Shown piece after piece: positions 40,438 through 49,763 of a stretch of 64,000 nt of DNA. Position 1 is the stretch's first letter; the number at the start of each line of letters is the position of its first letter. Under the pieces are notes generated by a model. That model searched no databases. It worked only from the letters and a program-made list of their open reading frames with translations, and was not told where the DNA came from. The translations under genes were made by a program, and so were the position numbers. Origin of the DNA: Bacillota bacterium (GTDB lineage: Bacteria > Bacillota > Dehalobacteriia > UBA4068); the NCBI GenBank assembly GCA_036733985.1, contig DAIMZM010000001.1, positions 36 through 64,035 of the forward strand, in the 5' to 3' direction.

Positions 40438-40986
40438 ATGAGCCGGATCATGCTGCATCTTTATCCGGATCAGACGGTTCCCGGCCGGGAGGAGCGGCTG
40501 CGCGCCGCCGCCCTGGCCTTCGCGGCGGCCCTGGGCCGCCCGGAGCCGGATCTGACCCTGGCCCGGGGCGCATACGGCAAACCCTATTTCCCCCAGGCCC
40601 CCTGGCTGCATTTCTCCATTTCCCACAGCGGCGACTACTGGCTGCTGGGCCTGGGCTGCTCCCAGCTGGGCGTGGATATTCAGCAGAAGCGCCCGGTGGA
40701 TCACCAGGCCCTGGCCCGGCGCTGGTTCACCCCGGCGGAAGCGGCGTATGTGGCCCAGGGAGGCCGGGAAGCTTTCTATGCGGTTTGGAGCGCCAGGGAA
40801 GCGTACTTGAAGCTGCTGGGCTGCGGCTTGGACAACCAAGATCAAAGCGTCAGCGTGGTCCGGGACGGGCAGCTGCTCAAACGCCTGGGCGATACGGAGC
40901 TGATCAGCCTGCCCCTGCTGGAAGGCTATGCCGTTTGCCTGGCCTGCGCCGGCGGGCCACTGGAAGTGATCCGCCATGATTGCTGA
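40438..40986 (+). CDS. 4'-phosphopantetheinyl transferase (Sfp type)
   Basis: W-x-x-KEA-x-x-K-like motif (WSAREAYLKL), about 180 aa. Confidence 0.75.
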   Translation: MSRIMLHLYPDQTVPGREERLRAAALAFAAALGRPEPDLTLARGAYGKPYFPQAPWLHFSISHSGDYWLLGLGCSQLGVDIQQKRPVDHQALARRWFTPAEAAYVAQGGREAFYAVWSAREAYLKLLGCGLDNQDQSVSVVRDGQLLKRLGDTELISLPLLEGYAVCLACAGGPLEVIRHDC

Positions 40987-41029
40987 AAACCGGGATTGCC
41001 CGGCCCCAAACCGCCAAGGCTGATGACAG

Positions 41030-41066
41030 AAAAAAAGCCCCTGAGCTCAGGGGCTTTTGCTTTTGC
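41030..41066. terminator. bidirectional terminator (AAGCCCCTGAGCTCAGGGGCTT flanked by A7 and T-runs) between the PPTase gene and selD
   Basis: Perfect palindromic stem with T-tracts on both strands. Confidence 0.8.
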
Positions 41067-41069
41067 TTA

Positions 41070-42107
41070 TCAGATGATCTCGATGTGGTAATCGCCCTTG
41101 GCCCGCACCTCGCCGATGAGAGCCGGGGCGGGCAGGGCGTCCTGCAAGCGCTTGAGCAGGGCCGGGGCTTCCCGTTCCGGCACCGCCAGCAGCAGGCCCC
41201 CGGAGGTTTGGGGATCATACATGATATCCTGGCTGGCCAGGCTCACCTGAGGCGCGGCATGGGTATGGCATTCGGCAAAATGCCGGTTCCGGTACAGGCC
41301 TTCCGGCAGGATGCCTAGCTCCGCCAGGTCTATGACCCCCGGCAGCAAGGGCAGGGCGCTGTGGTCGATCACCGCCGTCACCCCGCCGCCCCTGGCCATT
41401 TCCAGGGTATGGCCCAGCAGGCCGAAGCCGGTCACATCCGTGCAGCTGTGGATGGTGAAATCCGCCGCGATCTCCGCCGCGTATTTGTTCAGCTGCCGCA
41501 TCTGCTCCACAGCCTGTCCGTAAACCGCCTCGTCCCCTACCCCGCCTTTATGGGCGGTGGTGATGATGCCCACCCCCAGGGGCTTGGTGAGGATCAGCAG
41601 ATCCCCTTCCCGGGCCGAGTTATTGCTGAGAATGCGGCTGGGATGGGCAAAGCCGCTGACAGCCAGGCCGTATTTAGGCTCCTTGTCCTGGATGGTATGG
41701 CCGCCGGTGATGATCACCCCGGCCTCGTAAGCCTTTTCATAGCCGCCTCTGAGCACCGCGTGGATGGCCTCCCGGTCCATGTCCGGGGTGACGGTCATAA
41801 TATTCAGGGCCAGCTTGGGCGTGGCGCCCATGGCATAAACGTCGCTGATGGCATTCACCGCGGCGATTTGGCCAAAAGTGAAGGGGTCGTCCACAATGGG
41901 CGGGAAAAAGTCCACGGTCTGCACCAGGGCGATCTCATCGGTGACCAGGTAAACCGAGGCGTCGTCGCTGGTATCATAGCCCACGATCAGCTTTTCGTCC
42001 CGCAGGCTGGGCAAACCGGCCAGCAGCTCCGAGAGCATGCCCGCGCCCACCTTGGCCCCGCAGCCGGCGCATTCCGCCAATTTGGTCATTTTAATGCTTT
42101 CAGTCAT
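41070..42107 (-). CDS. selD: selenide, water dikinase (Cys-type, no in-frame TGA)
   Basis: AIR-synthase-like fold; N-terminal TKLAECAGCGAK motif with Cys at the position that is Sec in some SelD; GGAGG RBS; start trimmed to MTESIK. Confidence 0.9.
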   Translation of the reverse strand: MTESIKMTKLAECAGCGAKVGAGMLSELLAGLPSLRDEKLIVGYDTSDDASVYLVTDEIALVQTVDFFPPIVDDPFTFGQIAAVNAISDVYAMGATPKLALNIMTVTPDMDREAIHAVLRGGYEKAYEAGVIITGGHTIQDKEPKYGLAVSGFAHPSRILSNNSAREGDLLILTKPLGVGIITTAHKGGVGDEAVYGQAVEQMRQLNKYAAEIAADFTIHSCTDVTGFGLLGHTLEMARGGGVTAVIDHSALPLLPGVIDLAELGILPEGLYRNRHFAECHTHAAPQVSLASQDIMYDPQTSGGLLLAVPEREAPALLKRLQDALPAPALIGEVRAKGDYHIEII

Positions 42108-42894
42108 GGCTCCATCCTCCAAAATCCTTTATGGCCTGCAAAACGCCTTCGCCGATGGCCAGCGCTTTATCGGAAATATGATAACAAAGTTCCGGCTCGA
42201 TCCGGGGGTCGATATCCCCGGATTTCATGCCCTTGGTCACGATGGTGCCTTTAGCCAACATGCCCCGGACCAAACCGGTGAGCTGGGCCTGGGCCAATTG
42301 ATCCCCTACCCGGGCCACCGGCCGCCCCTTTTCCACAATATCGCCGATGGCGGCCAGGGGGATAAAAACCCCGTCCCCCGGCGCCCGGATGATCCGCTCC
42401 TTGTCATAACCCAGCACCGGGCCGGGGACGCCGCTGTCCGGCTCCGGGGAACCCTGCCACAGCACCTGGCCCAGATTGGGCCCCCGCTGGCTTTCGACGG
42501 CCGCATGGCAGTCTTCCCCGGCCACAAAACCAGGGCCAATGGCGATCACCAGAGGCGCGTCCGTCTTGCATGTGCCGGTATTATGCTTGGCAATGATGGC
42601 GTCCACCAGCACATCCGGCTGTAAGGCCTTCAGGCAGCGGGTTTCCGGGTCGATGAGCACCGCCGCGATCCCCTGCCCGGCCATTGCCAGAGCCTGATCG
42701 GGACTATCCGCCAGACGGCCCCGGATCTCTTCCAGCTGCGCGTTACCCTGTTCCGCCGCCACGGCAAAGCTGACGGTGCGCCGCACCACGGTGGGGCGGG
42801 CGATTTCCGTCATAATCACCTGATGCCCGGCGCGGATCAAACAACAGGCAATACCTGAGGCCAAATCCCCAGCGCCCTTAATCATGACCAGCAT
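42100..42894 (-). CDS. yqeB: selenium-dependent molybdenum hydroxylase system protein, YqeB family
   Basis: Size and sequence consistent with YqeB; conserved linkage to selD and yqeC. Confidence 0.75.
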   Translation of the reverse strand: MLVMIKGAGDLASGIACCLIRAGHQVIMTEIARPTVVRRTVSFAVAAEQGNAQLEEIRGRLADSPDQALAMAGQGIAAVLIDPETRCLKALQPDVLVDAIIAKHNTGTCKTDAPLVIAIGPGFVAGEDCHAAVESQRGPNLGQVLWQGSPEPDSGVPGPVLGYDKERIIRAPGDGVFIPLAAIGDIVEKGRPVARVGDQLAQAQLTGLVRGMLAKGTIVTKGMKSGDIDPRIEPELCYHISDKALAIGEGVLQAIKDFGGWSHD

Positions 42895-42931
42895 AAAATC
42901 CCCCCTGTATGGATCAAGGCTGCCCCGGGCT

Positions 42932-43684
42932 TTAAGCCGGGTAAACCAAACGCCGCTGCCTTAGGGACACCGCCGCCACCGGCACTTCCGGGGCCCGGGC
43001 CTTCAGGATGGCCAGCAGCGGGCCGGGGTCGGCGGCATCCGCCTGGTTGAGCAGGATGCGGTACCGCTCCTCTGTGTCCGCCCCCTTCATCTGCCCGGCC
43101 GGGGACAAGAGCAGGCCTGCCATCAGCTCCGGCGTGACCAGGGCTGTCTGCCCTACGCCCAGCAAAGGCGCTGCCAGCTCAGGCCGGTGGCAGACTTGGT
43201 TCAGGGGCTGGCCCAGGGCGCTGAGCCCGGCCACGGCGACCAGCTTGTCCCAGCCGGCGGGCAGCACCGGTTCCCAGGCTGCCGGGGCTTTCATGGGCAG
43301 GCCCTTGGAGCCGTCCGCCTCCACGATCAGCCATTCCGCCAGGGCTTTCAAGCGGGCCAGGGCAGCTTCGCCAGGCCCGGTCAGGCGGCCCTCCGGCCCG
43401 GGCAGGGCGGCGCAGGGGATCTCTCCCCTGGCCCAGGCCGCTGCCGCCAGGGCCGGATCCCCCTTGATCAGCGGGTAAGCCTCCGGCGGGCGGATATGGG
43501 TGGTGGTGCTGATCAGGGCCCGCCGGCCCTGGGCGCGGGCTTCCTCAGCCAGGGCGTACATCAGCGAGGTCTTGCCGCCGCCGCCCACGATGGCGATGAG
43601 CCCCCCCGGAGCCAAAGCCAGGGCCTCTGCCAGCCCAGGCAGGAAAAAGTCCTGATATGGTATTTTTTCGGCGATAAAGACCAC
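42932..43684 (-). CDS. yqeC: putative selenium-dependent hydroxylase accessory protein YqeC (P-loop)
   Basis: IAIVGGGGKTS P-loop near the N-terminus, about 250 aa; GTG start. Confidence 0.7.
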   Translation of the reverse strand: MVFIAEKIPYQDFFLPGLAEALALAPGGLIAIVGGGGKTSLMYALAEEARAQGRRALISTTTHIRPPEAYPLIKGDPALAAAAWARGEIPCAALPGPEGRLTGPGEAALARLKALAEWLIVEADGSKGLPMKAPAAWEPVLPAGWDKLVAVAGLSALGQPLNQVCHRPELAAPLLGVGQTALVTPELMAGLLLSPAGQMKGADTEERYRILLNQADAADPGPLLAILKARAPEVPVAAVSLRQRRLVYPA

Positions 43685-43701
43685 CTGCTTGCTATTATAG
43701 A

Positions 43702-43721
43702 AAAGTGAGAATAATCACTTT
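43702..43721 (-). promoter_or_regulatory. perfect palindrome AAAGTGA-GAATAA-TCACTTT overlapping the putative -35 of the yqeC-yqeB-selD promoter (TATAAT 9 nt before the start)
   Basis: 7-bp arms read directly; candidate operator. Confidence 0.4.
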
Positions 43722-43787
43722 GCACAGTATAACACAATAGGAGCTGTTTGTAAATTATATCCGGAATAAAATAACTCCGCAGATGGG

Positions 43788-44612
43788 CTATTCGCCCAGG
43801 CGCTTATTGATAAAGGCTTCCGCTATGGCCACCAGATAATACATGCCCGCGGCCAGGATGGAAAGCAGCAGCACACTGCCCATGACCAGGTCCATCTTGA
43901 ACACCTGGCCGCCGTAGACGATCAGATAGCCCAGCCCGGCCCGGCTGACCAGGAATTCTCCGACGATCACCCCCACCCAGGACATGCCCACATTGATTTT
44001 CAGCACGGAGATGATCGTGGGCAGGCTGGCCGGGAACACCACCCGGGTGAAGATCTGCTTCCGGTTGGCGCCAAAGGTCCGGAGCAGCAGGATCTTTTCC
44101 TGATCCACTTCCATAAAGCCGTTCAGTACGCCGATGATGGTCACCACAATGGAGATCAGCAAGGTCACCACCACGATGGAGCTCATCCCCGCCCCTACCC
44201 AGACAATGATCACCGGGCCCAGGGCGATCTTGGGCAGGCTGTTCAGGATCACCAGATAGGGGTCGGAGACCCGCTGGGCCAGCTCCGAGCACCACAGCAG
44301 TACCGCCGCACCCAGGCCCAGCAGGGTGCCCAGGCTGAAGCCGATCACGGTTTCCAGCAGGGTCATGCCCAGATGCTGCCAGATGCTGCCGTCGGCAAAC
44401 ATCCCGGCCAGCAGGGTCACGGCCCGGCTGGGCGAGCTGAAAATGAAAGCGTCGATCCAGCCCAGGCGGGCGGAAAGCTCCCAGAGGCCCATCAGGGCCA
44501 CCAGCAGCAGCAGCCTAAGGGCCTGCACCAGGATATGCCGCTGTTTCAGGCCTTTCAGGTATTGCCAATGCTCTGGGGAATGCTGCTCAAGACGCGCTTC
44601 TGCCTTAGCCAT
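43788..44612 (-). CDS. ABC transporter permease (NitT/TauT family)
   Basis: BPD transmembrane domain of the SsuC/TauC type. Confidence 0.85.
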   Translation of the reverse strand: MAKAEARLEQHSPEHWQYLKGLKQRHILVQALRLLLLVALMGLWELSARLGWIDAFIFSSPSRAVTLLAGMFADGSIWQHLGMTLLETVIGFSLGTLLGLGAAVLLWCSELAQRVSDPYLVILNSLPKIALGPVIIVWVGAGMSSIVVVTLLISIVVTIIGVLNGFMEVDQEKILLLRTFGANRKQIFTRVVFPASLPTIISVLKINVGMSWVGVIVGEFLVSRAGLGYLIVYGGQVFKMDLVMGSVLLLSILAAGMYYLVAIAEAFINKRLGE

Positions 44613-45381
44613 TCACATTCAGCTCCTTCCAGATCCGGTTAAAATAGCCGCGGAATTCCGGGGCCTGGCGTTTATCGATCACATGCCCGCTCTCGCTGGT
44701 CAGCCGGATATCGATTTCGCTTTTCAGCTGGCCGGGGCGTTCCGACATCACCAGCACCCGGTCGGCCAGGGAAATGGCTTCGGAAATATCATGGGTGACC
44801 AGGATGGCGGTTTTGCCCTCCTCCCGGATGATGCCGGCAATATCGTCGGAAACCGTAATGCGGTTCTGATAATCCAGGGCGGAAAAAGGCTCGTCAAGCA
44901 GGAGGATCTCCGGGGATACGGCCAGGGTGCGGATGAGGGCCACCCTTTGCCGCATACCGCCGGACAAATGCCGGGGAAAGCTGCTGAGAAAATCCCCCAG
45001 GCCGTACTGTTCCAGCAAGCCCCTGAGCCAGCGCTCCTTTTCCGGCGTTACCTGCTTCCTTAAGTCCAGGCCCAGCAGCACATTTTTCCATACGTTGAAC
45101 CAGGGGAACAAATGGTCATGCTGCAGCATATAGCCCACCGACCCCAGGGAATCCGGGCCCACTTCCCGGCCGGCCACAAAAATACGCCCTGCCGAGGGCT
45201 GTATCAAGCCGGAAATCAAGGAAAGCAGTGTGCTTTTGCCGCAGCCGGAGGGGCCGACAATGACCAGGAATTCGCCTTCCCGCACCTGAAAACTCATGTC
45301 GTCCACTGCCAGCGTTTCCCCCTGAGGCGTATGATAACGGAGCGATACTTGCTCCACGCGAACCATTGGTTTTTCTGTCAT
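44605..45381 (-). CDS. ABC transporter ATP-binding protein (NitT/TauT family)
   Basis: Walker [18 protein letters not shown]. Confidence 0.9.
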   Translation of the reverse strand: MTEKPMVRVEQVSLRYHTPQGETLAVDDMSFQVREGEFLVIVGPSGCGKSTLLSLISGLIQPSAGRIFVAGREVGPDSLGSVGYMLQHDHLFPWFNVWKNVLLGLDLRKQVTPEKERWLRGLLEQYGLGDFLSSFPRHLSGGMRQRVALIRTLAVSPEILLLDEPFSALDYQNRITVSDDIAGIIREEGKTAILVTHDISEAISLADRVLVMSERPGQLKSEIDIRLTSESGHVIDKRQAPEFRGYFNRIWKELNVNG

Positions 45382-45429
45382 GATTTCCTCCCGGCAAGCT
45401 TAGTCTGTTATAGTATATGGGCCGGCTTG

Positions 45430-45470
45430 GCGAAAGTGAAAAAGGGACAGGCCGGTTCGGCCTGTCCCTT
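45430..45470 (-). terminator. terminator after the lipoprotein gene (GGGACAGGCCGAACCGGCCTGTCCC then TTTTTCACTTTC)
   Basis: 11-bp stem plus T-tract on minus strand. Confidence 0.75.
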
Positions 45471-45501
45471 AGCTGGCATATTTCTTGACCCGGCGGCATT
45501 C

Positions 45502-46569
45502 TTAATCCAGCAGCATTTTCATCTCCACGCCGCTGATGAAACCATCCTTCACATAGTAGCGTATTTCCTGGGCCGGCCGGTAATCCTGGCTGACAAAAAC
45601 ATAAGCCTTGTCAAAATCGCACCAGCTCTCTTCCCCGCCGGGCTGCAGCTCCGGCTTCTCCGCCGCATCCGGATAGGTGGAAAGCAGCCGGGGCTCGTTC
45701 ATGCCGCAGGTCAAGGCCCCGGCAGCCGCCGCCGGGTCCGTGGTGCGGAGGCGGCTGATATAGCTGCGGCCGGTTTCCGCCAGCGTATACCAGTCCACCC
45801 AGGTCTGGCCCTCCTCCCCGGGGATGGTGATGCTGTAGCAATCCACCCCGGCGTCGTCGCCGCAGCTGATAGCCGGAGCGATATCCGCCAGATCCTCATT
45901 CTCCCAGGGAAAAGCCCCGAAGACCCGGCCCAGGCGGAAGGCGAAACCCGCCTCCCCCTCTTGCCAGCGGTGCATGGTGAAGCGGTATTCGCTTTCACCA
46001 TACGCGCCAAGGTCCGGCGCCTCCCCCCGCTGATAAGCCTCGTCCAGCATCGCCTTTAAACCTTCCTGCAAGGACAGGTCAAAAGCCGGCGAGCCCAGGT
46101 CGGTATAGGTGCCGTCTTCGTTCAGGGAGAGCACCCGGGTATTGAAGCGGTCGTCCCGATAATAGCCGTCCTCGATACGGGCGGCCCCGGCCAGGCCCTG
46201 ATCTTCGCCAGACTCAGCCAGCTGTACGCCCCAGGCCATCTCGTACAATTCCAGGCCCTTTTCCAGGGTTTGCCTGTGCGCCACGGACAGCACCGCATAG
46301 CCCGCGACCTCTGTGCCCTGATTGACGAAGGAGATGGCCCGTTTCCGGGCCAGCAGATCCGCGATCTCTTCCGGACTGCCGGTCGGATCCTCCCCCTCCG
46401 CCGGCAAGCCGGCCTGCAGCTCTTCCAGGGTCAGTTCCGCCGGCCGGCTTATCTCCCAGCCATTATCCCCCGGCGGCTTCCCCCCCTCCTGCCGCCAGGC
46501 GCAGGCGGAAAGAGCCAGCGCCATACCCAGCGCCAACAGGCAAACAAGCGGCTTCTTCATACAATCCAC
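45502..46569 (-). CDS. hypothetical lipoprotein (lipobox LSAC), acidic, no recognisable domain
   Basis: Signal peptide MKKPLVCLLALGMALALSAC; embedded between the SBP and ATPase/permease genes. Confidence 0.65.
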   Translation of the reverse strand: MDCMKKPLVCLLALGMALALSACAWRQEGGKPPGDNGWEISRPAELTLEELQAGLPAEGEDPTGSPEEIADLLARKRAISFVNQGTEVAGYAVLSVAHRQTLEKGLELYEMAWGVQLAESGEDQGLAGAARIEDGYYRDDRFNTRVLSLNEDGTYTDLGSPAFDLSLQEGLKAMLDEAYQRGEAPDLGAYGESEYRFTMHRWQEGEAGFAFRLGRVFGAFPWENEDLADIAPAISCGDDAGVDCYSITIPGEEGQTWVDWYTLAETGRSYISRLRTTDPAAAAGALTCGMNEPRLLSTYPDAAEKPELQPGGEESWCDFDKAYVFVSQDYRPAQEIRYYVKDGFISGVEMKMLLD

Positions 46570-46665
46570 CTCCCATATCCTGTCAGACGGGCGGGGTGCT
46601 TTTCTTGTTCCACAGCCGAAAGGGGCGGCTCCCGTGAACCGCCCCTTGCTACCGGCTGAATCAAC

Positions 46666-47664
46666 CTATTTTCGAACGCTTTCAGCTATGGTATTATCGA
46701 TCAGGTCTTCATAGGCGGGCCCGGATTGGATGACCCCTGCTTCAATGATGATATCCAGCAGGCGGCCGTAATCCGCTTCCAGCATCACCGGGTCGCTTTT
46801 CCAGACGTCGATATCCTTGTAGCGCTGGGCCACCACGGTGAGGAGATCCACGTCGCTGTCGGGGAAGCTGGGAGCCAGGGTTTTAGCCACATCCTGGGCG
46901 GAACTGCCGATCACATATTGCTGGCCCCGGTAGACGGCCCGGATAAAGCCGGTAAGCAAATCTTTGTTCTTTTCCAGATAGCTCTTTTTCACCATAAAGC
47001 AGGTATAGGGCACCTCGCCCCCGGCCTCGCCTACGCTGGCCACGATATACCCCTCATCCGCCAGTTCCATGGTGGAGGCGGAAGGCTCGAACATGGTCAC
47101 ATAGTCGTCGTTGCCGCCGATGAAGGCCCCGCCCATCAGGTTGAACTGCACATCCGTGCGGACAGTGATATTTTTCCCATCAACCAAGCCATGCTGTTTC
47201 AGCACATACTCCAGGGTCATCTGGGGCATGCCCCCGGCCCGGCCGCCAATCACCGAGGTGCCTTCCAGCTTCGACCAATCAAAATCAGGATCCGGCACTT
47301 TGCCCAGGAGGAAGGAGCCGTCCCGCTTGGTCAGCTGGCCAATGACCACCGCATAGTCCTCTTTGCCTTCATTGTGCACATAGACGGCGGTTTCCGGGCC
47401 CATCAGGCCGATATCCGCCTGGCCGGAAAGCAGGGCCGTCATACTCTTGTCAGAGCCGCCGCCATTGGTCAGCTCCACCTGCAGGCCCTCTTCCTCAAAA
47501 TAGCCCAGGTTGATCGCGGCATAGAAAGGCGCGTAGAATACGGAATGCGTCACTTCATTAACTTTCACGATTTCCAGTTTATCCTGGGAGCAACCGGAAA
47601 ACAGCAGGCCCATCCAGGCCAGCAGCAGTACCAGCATCAGTAGGGGAAGCCATTTTGTCTTCAT
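46666..47664 (-). CDS. ABC transporter substrate-binding lipoprotein (NMT1/THI5-like, aliphatic-sulfonate/taurine family)
   Basis: Lipobox LFSGC; NMT1-like sequence; start trimmed to MKTKWLPLL. Confidence 0.8.
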   Translation of the reverse strand: MKTKWLPLLMLVLLLAWMGLLFSGCSQDKLEIVKVNEVTHSVFYAPFYAAINLGYFEEEGLQVELTNGGGSDKSMTALLSGQADIGLMGPETAVYVHNEGKEDYAVVIGQLTKRDGSFLLGKVPDPDFDWSKLEGTSVIGGRAGGMPQMTLEYVLKQHGLVDGKNITVRTDVQFNLMGGAFIGGNDDYVTMFEPSASTMELADEGYIVASVGEAGGEVPYTCFMVKKSYLEKNKDLLTGFIRAVYRGQQYVIGSSAQDVAKTLAPSFPDSDVDLLTVVAQRYKDIDVWKSDPVMLEADYGRLLDIIIEAGVIQSGPAYEDLIDNTIAESVRK

Positions 47665-47719
47665 ATCTTTACCTCCTTCTATGATACCGCCATTATATGA
47701 CGCTCCCGGCCGGAGGTGC

Positions 47720-47755
47720 GTAAAAAACATAACGCCGCCCGGTAAGGGCGGCGCT
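47720..47755 (-). terminator. terminator after the amino-acid ABC operon (GCGCCGCCC-TTACC-GGGCGGCG then TTATGTTTTTT)
   Basis: Hairpin plus T-tract on minus strand. Confidence 0.7.
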
Positions 47756-47964
47756 ATGCCAAAAGAGAAGGGGGAATGTTACAAACGAAATGTTTGTCAT
47801 GAAGAAGAGAAGAAGGTTTGTCTTGTTACTTTGCTATCCTCTATTTCGTTATCAGTATAACACGGCTTTTTGATAACTGCGTGAAAATCAGCTGAGCAAT
47901 GTTGGAAAGCAGCTTGATTTTCCCCCTGCTTCCCGGCCCCGGCCTGTGCCGGCCGGCCCGGCGC

Positions 47965-49050
47965 TTAATGCTCAATGACAAAACGCAGCCGGACGCCGGC
48001 TCCCTCCTGGCCAAGGGTCTCATCAATCAGCAGGGGCCTGAGAATGCGCCTGCCCAGCTCGTCCACTGCCGGATGGTCCAGGGCGGAGGCCGTCAAACTG
48101 GAAAATTCCAGATATACGTCCTTAAAGCCGGTCCGGTCCGAGCTGCGCAGGCGGAAGACGGCCTCGGGGGCGCCGCCCTGGCCCAGGATGGGGTAAATCA
48201 GCTCTTCGTAAATGGCCGTGATCATATTCATCTGTTTTCTGCTATAGCCGTAGGGGATGCAATATTGCCGGATCCGGCTCATAAAAGAGTAGATATCCAG
48301 GTTTTCGCCAATGATCCGTTCCTCGTAGACCTTCAGCTTATCCACAAAGGTGCGGGTCTTTTCCCGCTCCGGCGCGTCAAAGATCTGCTCCGGCGGCCCG
48401 GCTTCATAAATGCCCTGCTCCGCCATGAAGACAATCTTCTTCCCTACGGCCCGGGCAAAGTCCATTTCATGGGTGACCATCACCGAGGTCAGGCCTTCCT
48501 GCACCAGGCGGAGGATCACGCTTTGCACCTCGTCCACCATGGTGGGATCCAGGGCCGAGGTGGGCTCGTCAAAGAGGATGATTTCCGGATGCATGATCAG
48601 GCAGCGGGCAATGGCCACCCGCTGTTTCTGCCCCCCCGACAGCTGGCTGGGCATATGGAATTTCCGGTTATCCATGCCCACCAGGGCCAGCAGGGACAGG
48701 GCCTCCTCAATGGCCGCTCTTTTCGGTACACGGTTCACCCTGATTGGCGCCAGGATCATGTTTTCCAGCACATTCAGGTGGGAAAAGAGGTTGAAGCTCT
48801 GATAGACCATGCCGATCCGGGCCCGGAGCCGGTCCAGGTCAGCCCCTGGGGCCAGGATATCCGCCCCATCCAGCAGGATTTGCCCGCCGCTGGGCGTCTC
48901 CATCCGGTTGATGCAGCGGAGCAGCGTGCTCTTGCCGCAGCCGGAGCCGCCGATGATCACCAGGGAATCCCCCTGCTCAATCGTGAGGTTCACCTGCTGG
49001 AAAATCAGATTTTCGCCAAACTTCTTGCTGAGATCGCGGATCTGGATCAT
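47965..49050 (-). CDS. polar amino acid ABC transporter ATP-binding protein with about 115-aa C-terminal extension
   Basis: GlnQ/ArtP-like core (about 245 aa, Walker A GGSGCGKST) plus extra C-terminal domain of unknown type. Confidence 0.85.
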   Translation of the reverse strand: MIQIRDLSKKFGENLIFQQVNLTIEQGDSLVIIGGSGCGKSTLLRCINRMETPSGGQILLDGADILAPGADLDRLRARIGMVYQSFNLFSHLNVLENMILAPIRVNRVPKRAAIEEALSLLALVGMDNRKFHMPSQLSGGQKQRVAIARCLIMHPEIILFDEPTSALDPTMVDEVQSVILRLVQEGLTSVMVTHEMDFARAVGKKIVFMAEQGIYEAGPPEQIFDAPEREKTRTFVDKLKVYEERIIGENLDIYSFMSRIRQYCIPYGYSRKQMNMITAIYEELIYPILGQGGAPEAVFRLRSSDRTGFKDVYLEFSSLTASALDHPAVDELGRRILRPLLIDETLGQEGAGVRLRFVIEH

Positions 49051-49739
49051 AGATCAGCCTCCGAAAGATGCTTTTCCCGGCCCAGCAGGGACAGAAGCGC
49101 CGAAGCCAGGCAGCCGATGAGGATATAGAGCAGGGAGACGATGACCAGCCCGGCCACGGCGTCAAAAGTGCGGGAGGTGATGATATCCGAGGCCCGGGTC
49201 AAATCCTGAACCGCCAGATAGCCCACCACCGCGGTTTCCTGCAGGGTAATGACGAACTGGTTTTTATAGATGGGCAAGGCCTGGCGCACCGCCTGGGGCA
49301 GCACCACCCGGAGAAAGGCCTCCCGCTTGCTTAAGCCCAAGGAACGGGCGGCCTCCTTTTCCCCGGGGGAAACCGTTTCCACCGCCGTATAGAAGATGCT
49401 GTAAATATAGGCGGCGGATTTGACGGTCAGGCCCAGGATCACCAGGAGCTTCAGGCTGAGAGCGGTATTGACGAAGATGACGTAAATCATCAGCATCAGC
49501 AAAACCAGGGTGGGCAGGCGCACAAAGAACTGGGTCAGGATATCCACGGCCCTGCCCAGCCATTTGTAGCGGGAACGCTTGCAGATGCAGAGCAGCGCGC
49601 CTAACAGGCTGCCGGCAATAAAGGCGGAAAAAGTCAGCAGCAGCGTGGTCAGGAGGCCCTCCAGCAAAAAATGCCAGCGGTTCTGATGGATCAGGTTCAG
49701 GTACAGCCGGTTTTGCAGGGAAGCTAAAAATTCACCCAT
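49047..49739 (-). CDS. amino acid ABC transporter permease (His/Glu/Gln/Arg/opine family)
   Basis: BPD domain, about 230 aa. Confidence 0.85.
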   Translation of the reverse strand: MGEFLASLQNRLYLNLIHQNRWHFLLEGLLTTLLLTFSAFIAGSLLGALLCICKRSRYKWLGRAVDILTQFFVRLPTLVLLMLMIYVIFVNTALSLKLLVILGLTVKSAAYIYSIFYTAVETVSPGEKEAARSLGLSKREAFLRVVLPQAVRQALPIYKNQFVITLQETAVVGYLAVQDLTRASDIITSRTFDAVAGLVIVSLLYILIGCLASALLSLLGREKHLSEADL

Positions 49740-49763
49740 GAAACCATCCTTTCAGCCGGTTGC

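Noticed and set aside
41070-42107. Selenocysteine (in-frame TGA) in SelD
   Set aside because: The N-terminal active-site position reads TKLAECAGCGAK with Cys codons. No in-frame TGA is present, and the track ORF is uninterrupted.
47700-47900. TPP (THI-box) riboswitch upstream of the NMT1/THI5-like substrate-binding protein gene
   Set aside because: No CUGAGA / ACCUGAUCUGGAUAAUGCCAGCG elements on the minus strand. The only strong structure is the intrinsic terminator of the upstream amino-acid ABC operon.
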